Source: Clostridia bacterium
GTDB lineage: Bacteria > Bacillota > Thermoanaerobacteria > Thermoanaerobacterales > Thermoanaerobacteraceae
Direction of reading: 5' to 3'
Length of the DNA: 64,000 bases
NCBI GenBank assembly: GCA_012840485.1
Contig: DULG01000088.1
Coordinates: forward strand, 12,047 to 76,046
The position numbers and the translations under genes were made by a program. Shown piece by piece: positions 1 through 10,259 of this stretch. The notes beneath the pieces are model-generated. The model saw nothing but the letters and a program-made list of their open reading frames with translations, ran no database searches and was not told where the DNA came from. Numbering within the stretch: the first letter of the stretch is position 1; the number at the start of each line of letters is the position of its first letter.

Positions 1-382
1 GGAATCCTTTTACAAAAAAAGTTGATCTTGTAGAAAAAATAACATGTGGTTTGCGTTGAAGTATTTTTTCTAACTTAGCTTCATAATCATCTTTTGACGT
101 AAAATTCAATAAAAAGGTGTATATATAATTCTGTGTATCTTCTGACTTTGTATAGCTAAACTCCGGAGGGCATTTTTCTTTAATAATTTCATCAATTTTT
201 TCCACTCCACCTTTAAACTTATTATTTACATCCTCTTTAGAAACCTTACAAACAATTTCACGACTTCCAGAAAAAGAGTCATCAATAGTTAACTTAGTTG
301 AAATATTTGCTCCACATCCGGATAAAATAAAAATAAAAGCCAAAAACATTAGAAGAAGAAAAAACACTTTTTTCGCACTCAT
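1..382 (-). CDS. Putative lipoprotein, 3' part runs off the window (MSAKKVFFLLLMFLAFILFLSGCGANISTKL...)
   Basis: Manual translation: ATG at 382 about 10 nt after GGAGG; hydrophobic signal with LSGC lipobox; frame stays open to position 1. Confidence 0.75.
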   Translation of the reverse strand, partial: MSAKKVFFLLLMFLAFIFILSGCGANISTKLTIDDSFSGSREIVCKVSKEDVNNKFKGGVEKIDEIIKEKCPPEFSYTKSEDTQNYIYTFLLNFTSKDDYEAKLEKILQRKPHVIFSTRSTFFVKGF

Positions 383-615
383 TATCCCCAAACCTCCCCA
401 ATAATAAACAGTTATACCAGGTAAATTATATTTCGACACATTTATCAAAAACTTTAATTATTCTGAATAACAATATTCAAGGACCACTGCCAAAATGCTA
501 GTAAATTAATCCTCAAATTGTTATTTTATTGATGCCTCTAAATAAAAAAAGACAGGTATTTTAAAAATTACCCATCTTACTTATATTATGTTTTTTCTTA
601 TACCCGATACTCATC

Positions 616-1000
616 TTAACTGCATAATACTATCATCTGCCTGACTGTGTACACCGGTATTATACCTGCTTCAACAGCAGGTTTTAAAGGAACATGCTGC
701 GCAATTATTACCGAACCGGGTGGTATATCACCGAACATAGGTACAGGAGACCAATACCCATCATCGAGTGGAAAATACAAGAAAACGACACTATTGTATA
801 GCTTCAAAATAGTTTTTTCCACGTAGTTATAAAAATTGTTTGATAGTTTTTTGTGCCACATTATAAATAGAAACTGGCCAAATAACTACCGTATTTTCTT
901 TATCAACGAAAAACTTGAGGGTATGTACAAGAATACTGTCATTTCTATCGTCGGATTCTTGTCCCCCTTTGGCACCAAAATTTTCGGCAGTTACTAAAAA
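616..1000 (-). pseudogene. Degraded fragment, possibly of a pectate-lyase-3-like beta-helix protein
   Basis: Upstream frame reads FLVTAENFGAKGGQESDD, similar to the 'DFGAKGDGxTDD' N-terminal motif; a different frame has VVFLYFP..GY; stops and frameshifts lie between. Confidence 0.25.
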
Positions 1001-1277
1001 CTAACATTTTTCATTTCGCTCCATTAACAATGGCCTATTAGACAAACCCCAGATTCTTGACTCAAACACCGGGAATGGTTCTTTTTGTTTTAAATATAAT
1101 AAAAAAGCCGTCCCCATTTTTCTCATGAATTGATACACAATATTAAGCTTCAAAAATTTCCATTACTATGTTAGAATAGACAGATAAGAAAACTTGAAAG
1201 ACAAAGTTAAAATTTTAGTAAAAAATATCATAAAGGAAATTCTTTACTAAAAATAAAGTAAAGGAGAAGTTATTTTT

Positions 1278-1670
1278 ATGAGAAATCTTGCTAATATTTT
1301 CTTCTATATTTTAATTGCCTTATTAATGGCAATGCAATATATATGGCATCTAATCATTATAGGAAGTTTTTCTACACATATGACTATAGCAGAATTAATC
1401 GTCTTCATTTTTATATCCCTTATTATATGTTTTTCTATACTTCTAAAATACATATTTCCCAAAAATACATTTACAAATCTTATTATGACTTATCTCTTAA
1501 TAGCCGAAGAAAGTATTTTATCTATCCTATGGATTATTTCTATATTAGACAGTTTTAAATATAAAAACGAAATTTTTGTTTTAATCGCTGGTTTTGCAGG
1601 TTTTTTATCTGTTTTTATATCATTTCTATGTGAAGCTAATTTTCTTCTCAAATTTACACCTAAAAAGTAA
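1278..1670 (+). CDS. Hypothetical integral membrane protein (about 4 TM segments)
   Basis: 130-aa ORF, AGGAG RBS upstream, hydrophobic throughout. Confidence 0.6.
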   Translation: MRNLANIFFYILIALLMAMQYIWHLIIIGSFSTHMTIAELIVFIFISLIICFSILLKYIFPKNTFTNLIMTYLLIAEESILSILWIISILDSFKYKNEIFVLIAGFAGFLSVFISFLCEANFLLKFTPKK

Positions 1671-1758
1671 ACAATCATAAGTGATGTTTTTGTATTTTTA
1701 AAATAATAATCAAAATAAAACCGTTTCTTACATTTAAAAAATACTAGACGGTTTTATT

Positions 1759-2421
1759 CTACAATCCAGTAACTGTATCTACCCATATAAATTCCTTGAT
1801 TACATTTTTAGCTATTGGATTAAACATGTCTGACGATTCAAGAGTAGGATGAATGATAATATAAAAATATCTACCTTCATGCTCTCCTAAAGCTATAACT
1901 CCGTAAAATCCATTCCTCTGAAATATTGCCCAATTAAAAATCTTTTGCTCTTCTTTAAGCTCATATTTGTTTGCAAGACCTTTTACTTTTTCAATTGCAT
2001 AAGATTTATCTGCATTTCTCGGCAAAAAAGTTATTTCAATATAGTCATAGTCATGAAGAAATTGTCCATTTATTATTTTTGAAGTTTCTATACGCACAGT
2101 TGTGCTTCCATCTCCAAAATTATTAATACTTGTTTCCATGTTTTCCGGAATATAAGTTATAAAACCAGGTGATAATTTAGAACAATCAAAAAGTATATAT
2201 GAAACTTTATAATCCACACCTTCAATAGTCGCAGTCTCTTCCTTGCTTTTAGGAAGTTCACTAATATTTATTTTGTTTGTTTTTTTTTCACTAAAATTTT
2301 CTTTTGTTTTAGACACAGGAGGTATAATGCTTTCTGAGCTGTCTTTATCAGTTTTTGTGATATTAATATAGCAGCCACTCAAAAATAATATTACCATTAA
2401 AATAATGAGAAGTTTTCTCAT
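1759..2421 (-). CDS. Hypothetical lipoprotein
   Basis: Signal peptide with FLSGC lipobox; GGAGTGA RBS. Confidence 0.75.
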   Translation of the reverse strand: MRKLLIILMVILFLSGCYINITKTDKDSSESIIPPVSKTKENFSEKKTNKINISELPKSKEETATIEGVDYKVSYILFDCSKLSPGFITYIPENMETSINNFGDGSTTVRIETSKIINGQFLHDYDYIEITFLPRNADKSYAIEKVKGLANKYELKEEQKIFNWAIFQRNGFYGVIALGEHEGRYFYIIIHPTLESSDMFNPIAKNVIKEFIWVDTVTGL

Positions 2422-2660
2422 CCAGACTCACTCCTTAAAATATATGTTTTCACTAATTTCAAAATTTATCATTTATATCTTTCCAGCATCATCAATAAGA
2501 GTTAAGAGAAACAATTAATATTAAAATTACGATATTGATTGTTATATATTATTAGCCTTTAGCTACAATAAGCCCAATCCCCTATATCTATTGATGGTAT
2601 ATAACCCATTCAAGAAAACTTTTTCTCTGAAACTTTCTTAAACCCAGACAATATTTCTCT

Positions 2661-3305
2661 TTAATTAGGTATAAATTCAGTCTTACCATTAATCCAATCC
2701 AATTTGGTAATAAAATACCTACTCGAAACCACTGAACCGTCAGGATATCTTTCTGGTTCTACTGTCAACTTTATTTCAAAAGCTAATGTTGGTGAATTAT
2801 TATCATAAGGACCATAATATGCCTTAACATCATATATCCAATAATAATTACTATAAGAAACTTCTTTAATTTCTATTTTTGTTACAGGTGTAGAAGGACC
2901 TATTATTTCAGGTTTTATTTGCCCCCTAATTTTGGGACTTAAAAACAAACGAGCAACAGCTCCATTTCGATCTTGCAAGGCATGGGCAAAGTTTTCTACA
3001 AAATGCTTAGGAGTTTCAGCTGTTCGCAAATAATTGCTAATCAAATCCGTTTCTACTTTATCACTAAAAGAAATCGTAACAATTCTGTCTTGTTTGTCCC
3101 ACTTCACCTCTGCCCCTACGGCTTCAGCTACCCACTTAATTGGTACCATTGTCCTTCCATTGATAATCTGCGGTGGCACATCTGGCTTAATCTCACTACC
3201 ATTTACAATTAATTTGATTGTGCTATTTGCAAAAGCAATTATAGTAAAAAATGACACCATTAGAATAGCACTAATAAACAACATCAAACTTTTTTTCAAC
3301 AGCAC
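2661..3305 (-). CDS. Secreted copper-amine-oxidase N-terminal (stalk) domain protein
   Basis: Signal peptide (AFA) followed by IKLIVNG..PPQIINGRTMVPIKWVAEAVGAEVKWD, the typical Cu_amine_oxidN1 signature. Confidence 0.85.
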   Translation of the reverse strand: MLLKKSLMLFISAILMVSFFTIIAFANSTIKLIVNGSEIKPDVPPQIINGRTMVPIKWVAEAVGAEVKWDKQDRIVTISFSDKVETDLISNYLRTAETPKHFVENFAHALQDRNGAVARLFLSPKIRGQIKPEIIGPSTPVTKIEIKEVSYSNYYWIYDVKAYYGPYDNNSPTLAFEIKLTVEPERYPDGSVVSSRYFITKLDWINGKTEFIPN

Positions 3306-3330
3306 TCAACCCCTTTTAATATTTTCTTTT

Positions 3331-3402
3331 CCAAAATATTTCTATCCTCATTATACCATTATTTCGTCCATCTGATATTACAAATTGGTTACAAATTATT
3401 AA
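3331..3402 (-). promoter_or_regulatory. Duplicated promoter, copy 1: TGTAAC-N5-TGTAAT direct repeat (3377-3393) plus extended -10 TGGTATAAT
   Basis: Near-identical to 4324-4394; matches the WalR/OmpR-type TGTWAH-N5-TGTWAH consensus. Confidence 0.7.
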
Positions 3403-4313
3403 TTCTTTCTTAATCTCCACGTATTACCCCCATCTATTGTTTCATAAACTAAAATATGTTTTTCTAATTTATTATCTTTATTAGGCCCATAAAGTTCCAA
3501 AATTAATTTCCCCTGTTTACTATCAGTAAATACAGGTACATTTGCAGAAGAGAGATAACAATTTTTATAACTCTTGGGTATAGATAATTTTATCTGTAAC
3601 CAGCTTTTCCCTCCATCTGTTGTTCTAAAAAGCAAGGGGTCAGGGCCATTGTTGTTTGAGATACTAATCCATCCATTATTTTTGTTGTAAAATTTCATAT
3701 TTGAACGGTTTGCCGCACTATAAATCCCATCATAGTTCTTTTTGCCTGTTATATTCACATTTTCACACGTTTTACCTCCGTCATTGGTTTTCAATAAATA
3801 ATTTATCTGCATTCCTGCACCATTCATTGTGGTCAAAATCCAACCTTCTTCAGAAGTAACAAATTGAAGAGCTGATATAGCTTCTCCATATTTGCCAATA
3901 TTAGATTTTAATATATCCCATTTTAAACCTCCATCTGTCGTTTTAAGCATATACAATGTAGATGGAACAATCCATCCTATCCACCCATTATTGCCCATAA
4001 AATAAGGTACTATATTCTCAGCATCTTTATAAGAACTCTCAGGAATTTTATCAACAGGAATATAAATTTGTGCCCATGTTTTTCCCCCATCATCACTATT
4101 ATATAATTGCAAGTCTTTCAAGGATGAAATCTTATTATCTTTGAAACTCCATTTCCACTTTTCACTTTGGAGATTACTAGGAGTAACATCCTCACTTACA
4201 TTTTGGTTATGGGACTTTGCTAAATTATCATTATTTTTAACGCTGCCAACACTGCTCTGGCATCCGCTAAAAAATAAAGTTAAAATTAACAATCCAAAAA
4301 ATATTTTTTTCAC
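3399..4313 (-). CDS. Lipoprotein with Asp-box/BNR repeats (sialidase-like or YCF48-like beta-propeller)
   Basis: FSGC lipobox; five S/TxDGGxTW-type motifs (SDDGGKTW, TTDGGLKW, TNDGGKTC, TTDGGKSW, TIDGGNTW). Confidence 0.85.
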   Translation of the reverse strand: MKKIFFGLLILTLFFSGCQSSVGSVKNNDNLAKSHNQNVSEDVTPSNLQSEKWKWSFKDNKISSLKDLQLYNSDDGGKTWAQIYIPVDKIPESSYKDAENIVPYFMGNNGWIGWIVPSTLYMLKTTDGGLKWDILKSNIGKYGEAISALQFVTSEEGWILTTMNGAGMQINYLLKTNDGGKTCENVNITGKKNYDGIYSAANRSNMKFYNKNNGWISISNNNGPDPLLFRTTDGGKSWLQIKLSIPKSYKNCYLSSANVPVFTDSKQGKLILELYGPNKDNKLEKHILVYETIDGGNTWRLRKN

Positions 4314-4323
4314 ATTTACACCT

Positions 4324-4394
4324 CCAAAATATTCCTATCCTCATTATACCATTATTTCGTCATCTGATATTACAAATTGGTTACAAATTATTAA
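4324..4394 (-). promoter_or_regulatory. Duplicated promoter, copy 2: TGTAAC-N5-TGTAAT (4369-4385) plus extended -10
   Basis: Direct repeat of 3331-3402. Confidence 0.7.
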
Positions 4395-4515
4395 ATTTTT
4401 ATTAATACAATTTCCATAAAACGGAATTAATTATGTGTTATTTGAAAATTGCACTCCTTTGTGCTATTCTAAAGAAGTAAACTTTATCTTTTTTCTCCTA
4501 AGGGGTGGCTTTTTA

Positions 4516-5463
4516 ATGGAAGTCTTTTTTTCATCAGTCCAAGGAGTTTTAATAATTGTATTCATACTGGCTCTGGGATACTATTTATCTAAGATAGGCT
4601 GGTTTGACAGTTTTACAGCAGACCTTTTTGCAAAGCTTGTAATTAATGTATCTTTACCTCTTAATATGATCGTAAACATTTATACAACTTTTTCTAAAGA
4701 ACAATTAGAACATTCAGTAAGAGGGCTTTTGATTCCATTTTTATCTATCCTTCTGTCATATACGATCGCTTATATATTTGCTAGCATTTTTAAAGTAAAA
4801 AAAGGAAGAAAAGGCATTTTTGTCCTTATATTCTCCCTTTCAAACACTATTTTTGTTGGACTTCCTATGGCTCAAGCTCTTTTTGGAGATATATCAACTC
4901 CCTATGCCCTTTTATACTACATGGCAAATACAACAATACTTTGGACTCTGGGCGTTTATGGTGTAATACGGGATGTAAATGAAAAAGAAAAAAATGTAGT
5001 AAATTGGGATACTGTAAAGAGAATATTAAATCCTCCTCTTTTAGGATTTATAATAGGAGTAATTTTTGTGCTTATAAACCTTTCCCTTCCAAAATTTCTC
5101 TTTGAAAGCTTTAGAATGATTGGAAATCTCACTACTCCTTTATCAATATTCTACATTGGCATAGTCATTCATGAAATGGGCTTTGATAAATTTAAACTTG
5201 ACAAAGATGCTATTCTGGTTTTCATTGGAAGATTTTTAATAACTCCTGCTCTTCTATTGCTTCTAAACATATTCATCCCTGTGCCAAAGCTCATGAGAGA
5301 CGTATTTGTCATAATGTCAGCAATGCCTGTACTTGTAAATTCTTCAATAATAGCAAGAATCTACGGCGCAGATTATGAATTTGCCACAAGTATGATTACA
5401 TATACAACAATATTAAGTGTAATTATAATGCCATTTTACATGGTGCTACTAAGAACGATTTAG
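4516..5463 (+). CDS. AEC (auxin efflux carrier / malate permease) family transporter
   Basis: About 10 TM segments; SNTIFVGLP and MSAMP..VNSSIIA motifs; likely start is ATG 4516 after AGGGG. Confidence 0.85.
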   Translation: MEVFFSSVQGVLIIVFILALGYYLSKIGWFDSFTADLFAKLVINVSLPLNMIVNIYTTFSKEQLEHSVRGLLIPFLSILLSYTIAYIFASIFKVKKGRKGIFVLIFSLSNTIFVGLPMAQALFGDISTPYALLYYMANTTILWTLGVYGVIRDVNEKEKNVVNWDTVKRILNPPLLGFIIGVIFVLINLSLPKFLFESFRMIGNLTTPLSIFYIGIVIHEMGFDKFKLDKDAILVFIGRFLITPALLLLLNIFIPVPKLMRDVFVIMSAMPVLVNSSIIARIYGADYEFATSMITYTTILSVIIMPFYMVLLRTI

Positions 5464-5478
5464 CACTTTATTTTCAAT

Positions 5479-5712
5479 CTATGTGAGAATATCCTTATAA
5501 ACCTCTTCTTTCCCGATCTCATTTAATAGTTCATGCCTTTTTTCTGGATAAAGCTTCGTATCAACCCGTTTTAATCCCATGCTCTTATAAAGCTCATACA
5601 ACCTCCTTACCAATTTACCGTATTCACCGACAGGGTCTTCTTCTCCTGAAATAATAAATAAAGGTAAATCCTTCGGTATTTTAACTAACCTCTGAGGCTT
5701 AAATATATTTAA
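5479..5712 (-). pseudogene. C-terminal remnant of an alpha/beta hydrolase (lysophospholipase-like)
   Basis: Manual translation: IPKDLPLFIISGEEDPVGEYGK, frameshift, then LYELYKSMGLKRVDTKLYPEKRHELLNE; catalytic Asp and His motifs present, N-terminus absent. Confidence 0.8.
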
Positions 5713-5810
5713 AAGCCCTCTAAAGAAATAATAAAAAAATCCCGCTGTAAAGACGCCGCCACGTCTATACCTAAAACTCTTTCGTCAATATTCACTGCTA
5801 TCCCTTCTTT

Positions 5811-6719
5811 TTATACCAATTCTACTTCTTGCACTTTTCTGTATCTTTCAAAATAATAATACAGTATTAAAAAAGTAATTAAAATAACAAGAGTAGCAAT
5901 TATTCCACCCTCCAACCCAAAATCTCCTCCGGAGAGTAATTTATCTTTCGGGAAAGCGTTGTAAAGGCCTCTTGTAGCATTGCCACTCACATTAAACCCA
6001 AATATGTAACCTTGAAAATAATTCCACGATATGTGATATCCAATTGGCATCCATAAATTCCTTGTCTTTAGATACATATAGGAAAACAAAACACCTATGA
6101 GAAAAATATTTAAAAGCCCAAGGAAAACTATATTAGGATTTAGAATATGCATAAGTGAAAAAATAATGGAAGAAATCAAAACAGAAAGCCAGGGCTTACC
6201 CATCTGGTTTAATGCACTTATGAAATACCCTCTGCTCATAAGCTCTTCTTCCAAACCCACAAGAATAAAAGCATACATGCCCCACAGCAAGTAGTAAGCA
6301 TTTATGCTGCTATTTTTCTCTATCTTTACAGTTCCTGCAACATATAGTATCAAAACAATTATTGCAATGGAAAAAGCTCCAATTAAAAAACCAACTATTA
6401 AGTTTTTATAACCATCTTTTAGAGAAGTAAAGCCTATGTCTTTAAACTTTTTTCTGTCTATAAATTTTAGCATCAAAGCTATCATAATTAAAGTAGACAA
6501 GAAACTTATAGTACTAAAAAGATAAAACCTCTCTTCTCCCACCATCAATAAAAGGTAAAGTTTCTGCGCCGTATACTTTAAATAACCACCTATCAAGCCG
6601 ATTATAAAAAAAGCCAAAAATGAAAGTAGCAATGTGATGACAAAAGTTCCTGCTATCAAAATAGCAATTTTCCAGCCAGAGCGGATTTGCCCATTTTTGT
6701 TTACAAATATTTTCTTCAA
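5811..6719 (-). CDS. CPBP (CAAX/Abi) family intramembrane metalloprotease
   Basis: EELMSRG, FSLMH and HISWN motifs in a multi-TM protein. Confidence 0.9.
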   Translation of the reverse strand: MKKIFVNKNGQIRSGWKIAILIAGTFVITLLLSFLAFFIIGLIGGYLKYTAQKLYLLLMVGEERFYLFSTISFLSTLIMIALMLKFIDRKKFKDIGFTSLKDGYKNLIVGFLIGAFSIAIIVLILYVAGTVKIEKNSSINAYYLLWGMYAFILVGLEEELMSRGYFISALNQMGKPWLSVLISSIIFSLMHILNPNIVFLGLLNIFLIGVLFSYMYLKTRNLWMPIGYHISWNYFQGYIFGFNVSGNATRGLYNAFPKDKLLSGGDFGLEGGIIATLVILITFLILYYYFERYRKVQEVELV

Positions 6720-6842
6720 GGTAATCCCTCCAATATTTTATTGAACTTTCCCAATGATAGAAAAAGAACAACCTATTACCATAATATACAAACTTAAACC
6801 AAAACTCAAGTAAAACTTATTCATCACACAAAAGTAAAGAGC

Positions 6843-6868
6843 CCCTTTTGTCTAAAAAGACAAAAGGG
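6843..6868. repeat. Hairpin CCCTTTTGTCT-AAAA-AGACAAAAGGG, degenerate member of the GGGACGGTTC repeat family, probably a terminator
   Basis: 11-bp perfect inverted repeat just downstream of the 6889 stop. Confidence 0.6.
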
Positions 6869-6888
6869 ACCCTCCCGTTGTTTTTTTA

Positions 6889-7338
6889 TTATCCCTCAAT
6901 TTTTTTTATTAACTCAAAAAGCTTCTCCTGACTTTCTTTGTCATTCGGGTTCTTAAGTAATTTTTTTAAAAGTTCACCTAACTCATATCTATTTTCCTTA
7001 ATTTTGTCCAACCATTTTGGTGCACCCCAAAACATATTATTCAATTCTGTAAACGCTTCCGACACAAGCAAATGATTTTTATAAAATCCATTAACTTTAC
7101 ATGCTAATGATAAAGCATACACGGAGCCGGTTATAGAACTAAAAATCACCAAATCTTCTACGCTTCCATTAAATTCTTTGATATTTTCACTTAAGAAGCG
7201 CAATTCACTTAAAAAATAATCGTTAATACTGTCCATTTGGGCTTGATACTTTTGGATTGTTTTATACTGATATAAATTTAAGATCAGTGAAGTTATTAAA
7301 ATTAAAGAAATAGTCCATGATTTAATATTCTTTTTCAA
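6889..7338 (-). CDS. Hypothetical membrane-anchored protein
   Basis: 149-aa ORF with N-terminal TM and GGGGGA RBS. Confidence 0.65.
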   Translation of the reverse strand: MKKNIKSWTISLILITSLILNLYQYKTIQKYQAQMDSINDYFLSELRFLSENIKEFNGSVEDLVIFSSITGSVYALSLACKVNGFYKNHLLVSEAFTELNNMFWGAPKWLDKIKENRYELGELLKKLLKNPNDKESQEKLFELIKKIEG

Positions 7339-7423
7339 TTTTGAGTCCCCCTTTACATTTAACTATTATTACTTTAATTTCTATTTATTTCTATCACATT
7401 TCATTTTCATTAAGTATCAAATT

Positions 7424-8074
7424 TTATTCATCTAATTGACAATATATCTTTACTTCGGCATTTTCTAAAAGTAAATATTCTTCTCCATCCCTCCACTTAA
7501 TTATGAGTTTTATAGGCTTTTTAATGGCTTCCAAAATTTTTTCCCTATCTTTCACATCAATTTGATTTATATTTGGTAACCAGGTAAACCGACTAATTTC
7601 TGTCATATAATCCATCTTCTCATTATTTTTCACATTTAAATCTATCTTCTGCTGATTTAGAGTACCGGAATATAATATCCCAGACATTATATAAGGCTGC
7701 AATCCTTCGTCAACAAATGCTTGTGCTTTAAAGTCTCTTATAACTTTATCACTAATATTTTCTATTATTATCTTATACTGTAAAGAAGTATATTTATTAG
7801 ATTCTTGAGCTTCTTTTGCATTTTTAGCCCATTCAGAAGTTTCATTGCCAGAAAATTTATATTTCTTCCCTACCTCAATCAGAGTATAAATTTTAAAATT
7901 CTTACTTTGTGTAGAATAATTCAAGTCAGGAGCTTTATTAGTATTGTATAAAAATGGATGGCTTCTATTGTAATTATAATAATCATATCCTATCAATGCT
8001 ACTACAACAAAAAGAACTATTAAGGCCCAAAATAACGTACGTTTGGGATTTTTACTACCATTATCTTCTCTCAT
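7424..8074 (-). CDS. Hypothetical membrane-anchored protein
   Basis: 216-aa ORF with a single N-terminal TM. Confidence 0.65.
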   Translation of the reverse strand: MREDNGSKNPKRTLFWALIVLFVVVALIGYDYYNYNRSHPFLYNTNKAPDLNYSTQSKNFKIYTLIEVGKKYKFSGNETSEWAKNAKEAQESNKYTSLQYKIIIENISDKVIRDFKAQAFVDEGLQPYIMSGILYSGTLNQQKIDLNVKNNEKMDYMTEISRFTWLPNINQIDVKDREKILEAIKKPIKLIIKWRDGEEYLLLENAEVKIYCQLDE

Positions 8075-8254
8075 TTTCTAAATTTGCCTCTCTTCTTCTC
8101 CCTTTTCTTCCATTATACCTCTTTAAGTGCCAAAATTTATTAAAAAATTCTTAAATTTTGTTACAATTTATTTCATATATAATGCTCAGTATAATCAAAA
8201 TAATGGGGGAAAAAGCTTAATCGCAATTGTTAATGAAAAAAATTCACATAATAA

Positions 8255-8300
8255 GACGGTTTACTTCATCTGAAAAAACAGATGAAGTAAACCGTCCCCA
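8255..8300. repeat. 18-bp perfect inverted repeat GACGGTTTACTTCATCTG, a member of the GGGGACGGTT family; likely terminator of the natAB operon
   Basis: Arms at 8255-8272 and 8279-8296 with a 6-nt A loop. Confidence 0.75.
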
Positions 8301-8338
8301 GTGTTTGTTTTACTTACATTTGCTAATTATAAAAGTTT

Positions 8339-9532
8339 TTACACCCTAAATAATGCCCATTCCTGTTTAAACATTAGTGCTGCCATATATATACTAATAG
8401 CCACGTATATCATTGAGGAAAACACAAATATCCCTATATGTGTCATATTAACAATTCCATAAATTAGTTCTTTAAATATTGAAATAGTCCCAAATACAGG
8501 TATTGCAAAATAAGATATAGGTATTTCATTTGGCATTTTATACATCACTAAATATGCCGGAATTATTGCGATAAACATTAAAGGTGAAATATATGTCTGG
8601 CCTTCTTTAAAAGATTTTGCATATGCACTTAAAGCAAGCTCCAGTGCAGCAAATATTGATGCTGTAAAAAAGGCAGCCACGAACATGACAACTATTGCGC
8701 CTATACTCAACCTAAAATCGGCATTTAAAGATGCCATATCTTTATTTAAAGAAAAGGAAGCAAAAAGTCCCAAAAGTGAAGCTACAGCACTTATAAGCGC
8801 CATGGTTGTCACGGCTAAGTATTTGCCCGCCATTATAGAAAGCCTTGATGCAGAAGTCGTAAGTAAAGGTTCTAACGTACCTCTTTCTTTCTCACCTGCC
8901 GCTAAATCAACAGCTGCTCCCATACCTCCTGTTGCTGTCCATAAAGTCAAAAGCATTGGCACAATGAATGCTAAAAAAGAACCTGCCATTTTACTTTGTG
9001 AAGCTATGTTTTCAGTTTTTACCTCAATTGGATCTAATATTTTAGGATCTATCCCTTTTGCTATAAGTCTTTGTTTTACAATATTATTCGCATATTCTTT
9101 TATAAGACCTCTTATCGTAGTCTCTGCATTTGAAGATTTCATATTTGACATGTCTACCTGGATTATTAAATCAGTGTTTCTACCTTCTTCTATATTTTTA
9201 TCAAAATCAGAAGGTATAATTACAATTGCCCTTATATCGCCTTTTTCAAGACTTTCTTTGGGATTTTTCAAATTCGTTATTATACTTATTCCTGTCGATT
9301 TTAAATAATTTACAAATTTTTGATTATTTCCTTCATCCAAAACTACTATTTTTGTATCGCTTACTTTTTGCTCTGATATGCTCTCTGCTCCACCTATTAC
9401 TATGTACATCATTATAGGAATAAACAAGGCAGGAAGTAAAATTGTGACAATCCATGTCTTTCTATCTCTAAAAATGTCCTTTAATTCTTTTTTCAAAACT
9501 ATGTATACATGCTTAAACTTCAATTTTCTCAC
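8339..9532 (-). CDS. natB: ABC-2 permease, NatB-like (Na+ extrusion / exporter)
   Basis: KKELKDIFRDRKT N-terminus; AGEKERGTLEPLL motif. Confidence 0.8.
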   Translation of the reverse strand: MRKLKFKHVYIVLKKELKDIFRDRKTWIVTILLPALFIPIMMYIVIGGAESISEQKVSDTKIVVLDEGNNQKFVNYLKSTGISIITNLKNPKESLEKGDIRAIVIIPSDFDKNIEEGRNTDLIIQVDMSNMKSSNAETTIRGLIKEYANNIVKQRLIAKGIDPKILDPIEVKTENIASQSKMAGSFLAFIVPMLLTLWTATGGMGAAVDLAAGEKERGTLEPLLTTSASRLSIMAGKYLAVTTMALISAVASLLGLFASFSLNKDMASLNADFRLSIGAIVVMFVAAFFTASIFAALELALSAYAKSFKEGQTYISPLMFIAIIPAYLVMYKMPNEIPISYFAIPVFGTISIFKELIYGIVNMTHIGIFVFSSMIYVAISIYMAALMFKQEWALFRV

Positions 9533-10244
9533 CTACCAATTCCATAAATAATTCTTCAAGATTGTCTGTTTTGTATTTCTCTTTTAAACCTTCTATAGTC
9601 CCCTCCTCTATAAGTTTCCCTTTATGTATTATACCTATCTTGTCACAAAGTTTTTCTACTTCTGACATGCTGTGGCTTGAGAAAATGATTGTCTTTCCTT
9701 CTTCTTTACAAAACCTTATAAAGTCGTGCACTTCTCTTACTGAACCTACATCCAGGCCTGACGTTGGCTCATCAAAAAGCATCACCTTAGGGTCATGTAT
9801 TATTGACCTTAAAATTGCTACCTTTTGCTTCATTCCTTTTGAAAGCTTCGCTGCTAGTCTATCAATAAATTCCATCATGTCAAATTTACGAGCTAATATA
9901 TCAATTTTTTTATTAGCCTCTTTTTTATCCATATCATGAAGCTCTGCAAAATAAAGTATATTTTCCCTTGCAGTAAGCCTGTCATATAAACCGCTTTCTC
10001 CTCCAAAAAGTATCCCAACTTCTTTTCTTATCTCTTCTGGTTCTTTTATTAAGTTTCTTCCATTTATAATGGCTGTCCCATTCGTAGGCTTAAGCATTGT
10101 AGCAAGCATTCTTAAAGTTGTGGTTTTACCAGCACCATTTTCACCCAAAAGCCCATATATTTCTCCTTCTTCTACTCTAAAACTTAAATTGTCTACTGCT
10201 CTTATGTTTTTAAACACTTTAGTCAATCCCTTTACTTCTACCAA
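9513..10244 (-). CDS. natA: ABC ATP-binding protein, NatA-like
   Basis: GENGAGKTT Walker A, LSKGMKQK signature, LFDEPT Walker B; overlaps natB. Confidence 0.85.
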   Translation of the reverse strand: MVEVKGLTKVFKNIRAVDNLSFRVEEGEIYGLLGENGAGKTTTLRMLATMLKPTNGTAIINGRNLIKEPEEIRKEVGILFGGESGLYDRLTARENILYFAELHDMDKKEANKKIDILARKFDMMEFIDRLAAKLSKGMKQKVAILRSIIHDPKVMLFDEPTSGLDVGSVREVHDFIRFCKEEGKTIIFSSHSMSEVEKLCDKIGIIHKGKLIEEGTIEGLKEKYKTDNLEELFMELVGEKIEV

Positions 10245-10259
10245 AATTACCCCTCACCT

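Noticed and set aside
2480-2640. EKVFLNG..RGLGL, a possible histidine-kinase ATPase remnant
   Set aside because: Too short and broken by stops to support a call.
8685-9308. Long antisense ORFs in the track (e.g. 8685-9308, 11156-11659, 25504-25914, 31745-32335, 49470-49940)
   Set aside because: Shadows of well-supported opposite-strand genes; no RBS or motifs.
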